In this document: piece by piece, positions 56,969-64,000 of the stretch
How positions within the stretch are numbered: position 1 is the stretch's first letter
How the letters are laid out: every line of letters starts with the position of its first letter
NCBI GenBank assembly: GCA_900315885.1
Contig: ONAT01000003.1
Span: 14,307 to 78,306, forward strand
Origin: an uncultured Erysipelotrichaceae bacterium
GTDB lineage: Bacteria > Bacillota_I > Bacilli_A > RFN20 > CAG-826
DNA length: 64,000 nucleotides
Direction of reading: 5' to 3'
The notes under the pieces: model-generated
Databases searched by the model: none
What the model was told of the DNA's origin: nothing
The model's input: the letters and a program-made list of their open reading frames with translations, nothing else
Position numbers and translations under genes: made by a program

Positions 56969-59395
56969 ATGACAAATAATAATTCCGATTTTGAACGGAT
57001 TGTTCCTTCATTAGATCGAGGACTCACTAGCGAGCAAGTCGAAGAACGACATAAACGTGGCTTTGTTAATAAAACATTTAAACAAACAACAAAGTCGTAT
57101 TGGGAAATAATTGCCAATAATGTTTTTACATTTTTTAATATTCTTTTAATCATAATTGCTGTGTTTGAAATCATAGCCGGTAACGCTGAAGGTATTGTGG
57201 CTTTTATGACTGTATTAGTGGCAAACCTAATTATTGGTGTTGTACAAGATATAAGAGCTAAAAAATTAACAGAAAAATTAAAAATATCTACGGAACCACA
57301 TGTTTTTGTTATGCGTGATGGTGTTAAAAAAACTATTTTATCTAAAGAACTCGTCATTGATGATTTGTTTTATCTTGAAACCGGCAATCAAATTAGTGTT
57401 GATGGCATTGTTAGACAAGGAGAAATTGAAGTTGATGAATCAATTTTAACAGGAGAACCATTATCAGTTAAAAAAAGTGAGGGAGATATAGTTTATTCTG
57501 GATCTTTTGTAATAAGTGGTAAAGCTCTTGTAATGGCGGATAAAGTTGGCAAACATTCTTTTGCTCAACAAATACAAGCTAAAGCCAAACAATTTAAAAG
57601 ACCAAAATCTGAATTACTTAAATCAATAAATAAGATTTTTCGTATGATAAGTTTTGTTATTATTCCTCTAGGATTAATAATGTTTTATGTGAATTATTCA
57701 CAAGCTCTTCAAGATGCTACTGCGTTTAATAGTGCGGTAATATATACTTCGGCGGCGATGATTGGAATGATTCCTTCGGGCATGTTCTTATTTGTATCGA
57801 TGACTTTAGCCGTTGGAGTTTTAAGACTTGGCAAAAAGAAAACAATGGTGCAAGAACTATACTCTATTGAAATGCTCGCAAGATCAAATGTCTTGTGTTT
57901 TGATAAAACAGGCACTTTGACAGATGGCACGATGCGAGTGGAAAAAATCATATCTTTTGAAGATGGAGTGGACCATAAATTTATCTTAGGAAACTTACTT
58001 AACGCGACAAAAGATAACAATCAAACGGCATTAGCGATAATGAAAGAATGCCCGCTTAACGATACATGGAAAGCAGTGACAGTTTTACCTTTTTCTAGTA
58101 AAAGAAAATTGTCCGCGGCTACATTTGAAAATAAAGAAACTTATATCTTAGGTGCCCTAGAATTTGTAACTAGTAAAGTTGATGATGAGTTAGCGCAAAA
58201 AGCCTTTACCTTCTCAAAACAAGGATGTCGAGTAGTCGCGCTAGCAAAAACTAAAGCACCAATAAAAGATGATAAGATATCTGGCGATAGTAAAGTAATT
58301 GCCTTAATAATAATAAAAGATAATATTAGACCAAACGCTGATAAAACTATTGAATGGTTTAAATCTAACGGAGTAGAAATAAAAATAATCTCAGGAGATA
58401 ATCCAATCACTGTTTCAGAAATTGCGCGTCAATGTGGGGTTAATAATTATGAGAAAGCAATTAGTTTAGAAGGCCTTTCAATTGAAGAAGTTAAAAGAAA
58501 AGCCATCGATTGCACCGTTTTTGGTAGAGTTAGTCCAGAACAAAAAGCGGCGATTGTGGAAGCGTTAAAAGAAAACGGCAAAACAGTTGCAATGACTGGC
58601 GATGGAGTTAATGATGTTATCGCACTTAAAAAAGCCGATTGCTCCATTGCTATGGCAAGTGGGGCGGACGCCACAAAATGTTCCTCACATTTAGTGTTAA
58701 TGGATTCTGATTTCTCGCATATGCCAGAGATTGTTGAAGAAGGACGTCGAGTAGTTAATAACTTACAACAAACTTGCTCATTGTATCTTACAAAAACAAT
58801 ATTTGCATTCTTAACATCTCTTGCGGTATTAATTCTTGGCTTATTTGCTAAGTCTGGTAGTGAATATAACTATCCTTATGTAACGCAGCATTTATATATA
58901 TGGGAATTCTGTGGTATTGGTATTTCCTCGTTCTTCTTGTCGTTACAACCAAACAATAAGCTTATTGAAGGAGGGTTTGTAAATAACGTTATCGCTAAGG
59001 CGTTGCCGGGTGGCATTTCAATAGCCTTGCTTTCGATTATACTTGTTATCTTAAAGGCAAATGGCGTATATAACAATGAAATAGGTTCAACAATGGGAAT
59101 GATTGCAATAAGTGTTCTTTGTTTCGTAGTATTAGCAAGATGTTGTTTCCCATTTAATAAATATCGTTTAATTTTGTTTATAGGTGATTCATTATTTGCA
59201 ATTATAAGTTATGTAACATTATCGCTTTTAACGATAAATCATGTAACAGATATTAACTTCTTTATGACATATCCAGAACTCTTAATAGATACGAACTGGG
59301 TAGAACTCATAGGTATGATTTTAGTGTTTGGTGCATTGTATTTTATATTAGATTTAATTATTGATAAAACTTTAAAAAGGAGAATGCAAAAATGA
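56969..59395 (+). CDS. P-type (HAD-IC) cation-transporting ATPase, atypical TM4 motif
   Basis: 808 aa; DKTGTLT, TGDGVNDV, TGEP motifs present; the TM4 region reads MIPSGM instead of PEGL. Confidence 0.85.
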   Translation: MTNNNSDFERIVPSLDRGLTSEQVEERHKRGFVNKTFKQTTKSYWEIIANNVFTFFNILLIIIAVFEIIAGNAEGIVAFMTVLVANLIIGVVQDIRAKKLTEKLKISTEPHVFVMRDGVKKTILSKELVIDDLFYLETGNQISVDGIVRQGEIEVDESILTGEPLSVKKSEGDIVYSGSFVISGKALVMADKVGKHSFAQQIQAKAKQFKRPKSELLKSINKIFRMISFVIIPLGLIMFYVNYSQALQDATAFNSAVIYTSAAMIGMIPSGMFLFVSMTLAVGVLRLGKKKTMVQELYSIEMLARSNVLCFDKTGTLTDGTMRVEKIISFEDGVDHKFILGNLLNATKDNNQTALAIMKECPLNDTWKAVTVLPFSSKRKLSAATFENKETYILGALEFVTSKVDDELAQKAFTFSKQGCRVVALAKTKAPIKDDKISGDSKVIALIIIKDNIRPNADKTIEWFKSNGVEIKIISGDNPITVSEIARQCGVNNYEKAISLEGLSIEEVKRKAIDCTVFGRVSPEQKAAIVEALKENGKTVAMTGDGVNDVIALKKADCSIAMASGADATKCSSHLVLMDSDFSHMPEIVEEGRRVVNNLQQTCSLYLTKTIFAFLTSLAVLILGLFAKSGSEYNYPYVTQHLYIWEFCGIGISSFFLSLQPNNKLIEGGFVNNVIAKALPGGISIALLSIILVILKANGVYNNEIGSTMGMIAISVLCFVVLARCCFPFNKYRLILFIGDSLFAIISYVTLSLLTINHVTDINFFMTYPELLIDTNWVELIGMILVFGALYFILDLIIDKTLKRRMQK

Positions 59396-60297
59396 TAAGA
59401 ATTAATGAAGAAGTAAAAAAAGCACTTGCGGAAGGAAAGGCGGTCGTAGCCTTAGAATCCACGATTATCTCACATGGAATGCCTTACCCAAAGAATGTTG
59501 AGACAGCATTACGTGTTGAAGCAGAAGTACGTAAAAATGGAGCGATACCTGCTACAATCGGTATTATTGATGGCGTTGGTGTCATTGGTATGACGAAAGA
59601 TGAAATTGAAGAATTTGGTAAAAGAAAAGGTATTTTAAAAACATCACGTAGAGATTTACCTGTTATCTTTGCTAAAAAGTTATGGGGCGCGACCACTGTT
59701 GCAACAACTATGATTCTTGCTCGTGAAGCAGGTATTGAAGTATTTGTTACCGGTGGCGTAGGCGGAGTACATCGTGGTGCCCAAGAAACATTTGATATTT
59801 CCGCAGATTTACAAGAATTAGCTAACACTGATGTAACGGTTGTATGTGCTGGAGCAAAAGCAATTCTTGATTTAAAATTAACATTAGAATATCTTGAAAC
59901 TTATGGTGTGACTGTTTTGGGTTATAAGACAAACGAATTAGCAGATTTCTATACGGCACATAGTGGATTACAACTAGAATATAAAGTTGATAGCCCACTT
60001 GAAGCTGCAGAAATTATTAAAGCAAAACGTATTAATCACTTAAAGGGCGGAATTCTTATTTCTAATCCGATTCCTGAAGAATATGCAATGGACAAAAAAA
60101 TTATTGATAAATGTATCGATGACGCAATTAAAGAAATGGATAAATTAGGAATACACGGAAAAGATTCAACGCCATTCTTACTTGCTAAAATTTGTGAATT
60201 AACTAAAGGAGATTCCTTAGAATCAAATATTCGACTCGTTCTTAACAATGCAAAAATTGGCGCACAAATCGCTAATGAATATGCAAAGATTAAATAG
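59392..60297 (+). CDS. psuG: Pseudouridine-5'-phosphate glycosidase
   Basis: 301 aa; VALESTIISHGMPYPKN and GGVGGVHRGA motifs. ATGA overlap with the preceding ATPase stop. Confidence 0.9.
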   Translation: MIRINEEVKKALAEGKAVVALESTIISHGMPYPKNVETALRVEAEVRKNGAIPATIGIIDGVGVIGMTKDEIEEFGKRKGILKTSRRDLPVIFAKKLWGATTVATTMILAREAGIEVFVTGGVGGVHRGAQETFDISADLQELANTDVTVVCAGAKAILDLKLTLEYLETYGVTVLGYKTNELADFYTAHSGLQLEYKVDSPLEAAEIIKAKRINHLKGGILISNPIPEEYAMDKKIIDKCIDDAIKEMDKLGIHGKDSTPFLLAKICELTKGDSLESNIRLVLNNAKIGAQIANEYAKIK

Positions 60298-60299
60298 TT

Positions 60300-60842
60300 A
60301 TGAAGACAGAAGTTTTGTTAGCGGATGCTTTAAAAGAGTTAATGTCCAAAGAATCGCTTGATGAGATAACTGTTAAGCGATTATCGGATATGTGTGGAAT
60401 TAAAAGACAGACTTTTTATTATCATTTCCGCGATATTTATGATTTATTGACTTGGATTTTCTTAAATGAAGATATTAAAACAAGAAGCCCAGTTACAAAT
60501 TGGCAAGATGCAGTGCGTGTAATAACTAAATATGTGAACAAGAACAAAAAGTTTATTAAAAACACTGTTTCGAGTGCTGGGCGCGAGTTATTTCAACAAT
60601 TCGTCGCGAGTTATTTATATTCATTTTCGTTACGAAAATTTGTAAGCATTGATAAAACCAATATTGTCCCTAGTGATGATAGAAGATTTTATGTTAATTA
60701 TTTCGTTTCTGGAATTACAAATTCAATCATGATGTGGATTGACTCAGGTATGAAAGAAAATGAAGACAAATTAATCGCACATTTAGAAATCGTAGTTAAA
60801 GGATTCCTTGATGATGTTGTTATTAACTATAAAAAGAAATAA
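60300..60842 (+). CDS. TetR-family regulator, DhaS-like
   Basis: 180 aa; HTH ITVKRLSDMCGIKRQTFYYHFRDIYDL typical of the DhaS-type TetR subgroup; starts 2 nt after the psuG stop. Confidence 0.8.
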   Translation: MKTEVLLADALKELMSKESLDEITVKRLSDMCGIKRQTFYYHFRDIYDLLTWIFLNEDIKTRSPVTNWQDAVRVITKYVNKNKKFIKNTVSSAGRELFQQFVASYLYSFSLRKFVSIDKTNIVPSDDRRFYVNYFVSGITNSIMMWIDSGMKENEDKLIAHLEIVVKGFLDDVVINYKKK

Positions 60843-60900
60843 ATTGTAGTTATAAAAATAAGTGCTATAATTTATTCTATAAATTAGGAGGATCAAAATA

Positions 60901-62013
60901 ATGGAAAAAAACGAACTAGGTTCAATAATTATTTATTTGATAATGTTTGGTTTAATATATTTAGTCGGTCAAACGGTTATTGTTTTGGCTTTGAAGAGTA
61001 CCGCGGTTCAAAATCAAGCGCTTTATATTTTCATTTGTGCCGTTGTATCAATTCTTGTTTTCGCTTTCACTTACGAATTAGGACATGTTATTGGTGCAAA
61101 GATAGGTAAGTATAAATGTACATACTTCAATGTATTTGGCTTTTGCTGGTACAAAGAAGATGAAAAATGGAAATTTAAATTTGAGGGATTTGATGGTTTG
61201 TTTGGAGAGACTCGTTTCGTACCAATTAGTAAAGATGCAAAATGTAATCCTGCTCATTTTTTAAGAGGTGGACTTATCGCCTTTATTGTTTCAGTTTTAG
61301 TAGCGTTAGTGATATTCGTTATTACCGCAATTCCTGACACAATTAGATTTGGAACATTGATTTATTTTGGTGTTGGCATGGTATTCGTACTTTATAACGT
61401 AATTCCAATGAAAACGGATATTTTAAATGATGGTTATCGTTTAAAATTATTAGGATCAAAGGAAAACGCAGAAGCATATAACGAATTTATGCGTATTGAA
61501 AATGATGCTCGTAAGGGTATTGTTACAGAAGATGTAAAAGTCTATGAAAATATTTCACCAATGACTGTGCTCATTAATAATTATGCTTTCTATAATGCTT
61601 TAGCAAAACATGATTATCAAAAAGCAGAAGAAATCGTAGACATTATCTTAAAAAATCCAGATGCTTTAGACTCAAATACAGTTTATCGCTTTAGGTTCCA
61701 AAAATTATATTTTGTGATTTTAAGAGAAAGCAAAGAAGAAGCTTCAGAATATTATTGGAAGACAATGACATCTTATGACCGTAAATACTTGGTAAAAGAT
61801 AATTTCATTCCTTCTAAGCGTGTCTATTTACTTGTAAGTGGTATTATTAATGAAAGCTCTTCGGAAAGTGTTATCGCTATCGAAGGTATGAAAAAACGCA
61901 TCAATAGAATGGTAAATAAAACTCAACAATCCGTCGAAATGGAACAATATGAAAAATGTATAAAGCTTGTTTCTGAAAATTTAAAAGTCGACGACTTAAG
62001 TGAACATTTCTAG
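60901..62013 (+). CDS. Membrane protein with M50/site-2-protease-like core (YELGH instead of HExxH) plus helical C-terminal domain
   Basis: 370 aa; TM helices. YELGHVIGAKIG sits where M50 has HExxH, and NVIPMKTDILNDG where M50 has NxxPxxxxDG. RBS AGGAGGA. Confidence 0.5.
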   Translation: MEKNELGSIIIYLIMFGLIYLVGQTVIVLALKSTAVQNQALYIFICAVVSILVFAFTYELGHVIGAKIGKYKCTYFNVFGFCWYKEDEKWKFKFEGFDGLFGETRFVPISKDAKCNPAHFLRGGLIAFIVSVLVALVIFVITAIPDTIRFGTLIYFGVGMVFVLYNVIPMKTDILNDGYRLKLLGSKENAEAYNEFMRIENDARKGIVTEDVKVYENISPMTVLINNYAFYNALAKHDYQKAEEIVDIILKNPDALDSNTVYRFRFQKLYFVILRESKEEASEYYWKTMTSYDRKYLVKDNFIPSKRVYLLVSGIINESSSESVIAIEGMKKRINRMVNKTQQSVEMEQYEKCIKLVSENLKVDDLSEHF

Positions 62014-62050
62014 TTCTTAAAAATATCTATATACATATATTTAAGTGTAA

Positions 62051-62079
62051 AAGCCTTTAGCAGTAGCTAAAGGTTTTTT
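62051..62079 (+). terminator. Terminator after the M50-like gene
   Basis: CCTTTAGC-4 nt-GCTAAAGG plus T6; ends only 9 nt before the next ATG. Confidence 0.8.
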
Positions 62080-62088
62080 AATAAAAAT

Positions 62089-64000
62089 ATGGAAATTAGA
62101 GAACTGGAAAAGAAATTACACACATCAATTAGTAGAGGCTTGACAAACGAAGAAGCGCAAATAAGATTAAAACAAGAAGGGTTTAACGAATTAAAAGAAG
62201 AAAAGAAAACCCCGCTTATTTTGATATTTTTGCATCAATTTAATGATGTTTTAATATATGTTTTATTAATGTCAGGAATTATATCTTTAGTGCTTAAAGA
62301 AACCGCGGATGCGATTATTATTTTTGTGGTTGTTTTAGTGAATGGAATTGTGGGGTTTATCCAAGAAGAGAAGGCTTCAAAAGCTATTGAAGCCTTAAAA
62401 AAGATAGCCACAAATTACGCAATTGTTAAACGTGATAATAAGGTAATGAAAATACCTACTCGCGAAGTGGTCGTAGGAGATATTATTCTTGTAAGAGAAG
62501 GGCAAGCGATACCTTCGGATGCAATAATTATTAAGTCTAATAATTTGCTTGTTGATGAATCAGCCTTAACAGGAGAATCAGATTCAGTATTAAAAGATGA
62601 AAGATTTATAAGTAAAGACACTTCGCCAATCGCGGAGAGATTAAATTATTTATATATGTCGACTTTTGTTTTACAAGGTAATGCTGAAGCAATTGTTATT
62701 AGTAAAGGCATGAACACTGAAATTGGAAAAATCGCGGATATGCTTAAAAATAATGAAAATCAAGCAACACCATTACAAAAGAAACTCGAAGATTTAGGAA
62801 AAATGTTAGGTGTTATAACTTTAATAGTGTGTGTTTTGCTTTTTGTTTTAGCAATTGTACAAAAGAGAAATGTTGTTGAAATGTTTATTACTTCTATATC
62901 TCTTGCAGTTGCTGCAGTTCCTGAAGGATTACCAGCAGTAGTGACGATTGTTTTAGCTTTGGGTGTCCAAAAATTAGTTAAATCAAATATGGTAGTAAGA
63001 AAGTTACATTCCGTAGAAACGCTTGGCGCAGTGAGTAAAGTTTTAACGGATAAAACAGGAACGCTTACAGAAAATCAAATGACAGTTGCTTCTCTTAGTT
63101 ATAATAAAAAAGAATATGGAATAAGCGATTTTGTTAAAGATGAATCTTTTGATATGCTTTGTGAAGTAATGCAAATATGTAATAATGCTTCGATTAGTAA
63201 CAATGAAATCGGAAATCCGACGGAAATTGCTCTAAAAAAGTTTTCAGAACATTTTATAAAATTAAATTATCAAAGACTAGATGAAATTCCTTTTAGTAGT
63301 GAACGTAAAATGATGTCGGTGTTAGTTAAAAAAAATAATATCATAATGCAATACACTAAAGGCGCATACGAAAAAATCATTGAAAAATGCGATAGAATTT
63401 TCATCGATAATAAAGAACAAGAACTAGATGAATTTAATAAAAATGAGTTAGAAAGAATAATTCGTAAAATGAGTTCAAAAGCATTGCGGGTCATTGCTTT
63501 AGCGTATAAAAAAACATCTTCAATTTTAGAAGATAAAATGGTTTTTGTAGGTTTGGTGGGTATGATAGATCCACCGAAAAAAGGAGTAAAAGAAGCAATA
63601 AAAACATTAAAAGAAGCACATATTGATACCATAATGATTACAGGAGATAATATCATCACGGCCTTTGCAATCGCTAAAAATTTAGAGATTGCGACAAGCC
63701 CAAATGAATGTATTTCAGGACAAGAGTTAGATAAATTAAGCGAGAAACAAATGAAAGAAATAGTAAAAAATAAAAAAGTTTTCGCTCGTGTGTCGCCTAC
63801 ACATAAAGTAAAAATAGTTAAAGCATTTAAAGATAACGACTATCTTGTTACAATGACGGGGGATGGCGTTAATGACGCCCCATCTTTAAAAACCGCAGAT
63901 GTTGGAATTGCGATGGGAAAACGTGGCACAGATGTAGCTAAAAATGCCGCAGATATGATTTTGTTAGATGATAATTATGGATCACTTGCGATTTCTATTA
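62089..64000 (+). CDS. P2A-type (SERCA/PMCA-like) calcium-transporting ATPase, 5' part (runs off the right edge)
   Basis: Not in the ORF track (no stop in window). Hand translation from ATG 62089: MEIRELEKKLHTSISRGLTNEEAQIRLKQEGFNEL..., TGES, AVPEGLPAVVT (TM4), DKTGTLT, TGDGVNDAP. Confidence 0.85.
   Translation, partial: MEIRELEKKLHTSISRGLTNEEAQIRLKQEGFNELKEEKKTPLILIFLHQFNDVLIYVLLMSGIISLVLKETADAIIIFVVVLVNGIVGFIQEEKASKAIEALKKIATNYAIVKRDNKVMKIPTREVVVGDIILVREGQAIPSDAIIIKSNNLLVDESALTGESDSVLKDERFISKDTSPIAERLNYLYMSTFVLQGNAEAIVISKGMNTEIGKIADMLKNNENQATPLQKKLEDLGKMLGVITLIVCVLLFVLAIVQKRNVVEMFITSISLAVAAVPEGLPAVVTIVLALGVQKLVKSNMVVRKLHSVETLGAVSKVLTDKTGTLTENQMTVASLSYNKKEYGISDFVKDESFDMLCEVMQICNNASISNNEIGNPTEIALKKFSEHFIKLNYQRLDEIPFSSERKMMSVLVKKNNIIMQYTKGAYEKIIEKCDRIFIDNKEQELDEFNKNELERIIRKMSSKALRVIALAYKKTSSILEDKMVFVGLVGMIDPPKKGVKEAIKTLKEAHIDTIMITGDNIITAFAIAKNLEIATSPNECISGQELDKLSEKQMKEIVKNKKVFARVSPTHKVKIVKAFKDNDYLVTMTGDGVNDAPSLKTADVGIAMGKRGTDVAKNAADMILLDDNYGSLAISI

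Noticed and set aside
56914-57357. 147-aa minus-strand ORF
   Set aside because: It is antisense to the 5' end of the P-type ATPase gene, whose motifs are unambiguous.

Overview
AT-rich (about one-third G+C by eye, not computed) Bacillota-type chromosome segment centred on the replication origin. Left of about 41.3 kb every CDS except three is on the minus strand, and right of it every CDS is on the plus strand. The switch sits at dnaA, with DnaA-box clusters on both sides. Gene content is mostly conserved housekeeping in Bacillus-like order. On the left: yycJ-rlmH-dnaB-rplI-gdpP-yybS-rpsR-ssb-rpsF, a clpC-like gene, lysS-dusB-ftsH-tilS, spoIIE, divIC-like/yabQ/yabP/yabO, spoVT-mfd-pth, glmU-like-ispE, yabG-rsmA-rnmV-tatD, mnmE-jag-yidC-rnpA-rpmH, cysE-cysK. 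On the right: dnaA-dnaN-yaaA-recF-gyrB-gyrA, serS with a T-box leader, a small SRP RNA, tadA. Sporulation genes (spoIIE, yabP, yabQ, spoVT, yabG, DUF1540) suggest an endospore-former lineage, and standard code 11 fits. I see no CRISPR array, rRNA/tRNA gene, transposase, prophage or recognisable defence island, and no convincing novel multi-gene system. Most of the window is ordinary core genome. The items worth a second look are small-scale: an in-frame TAA in yabO/rqcP, a glmU lacking most of its acetyltransferase domain, and a ClpC-like ATPase with no M-domain. Others are two tandem endonuclease-I lipoproteins after gyrA (the second disrupted), an 80-nt SRP RNA abutting tadA, an orphan Tyr-rich lipoprotein pair, and an M50-like membrane protein with YExxH. 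There is also a P-type ATPase-psuG-tetR operon and several perfect AT-rich palindromes just upstream of ribosome-binding sites. All functional calls come from reading motifs by eye; no searches were run.
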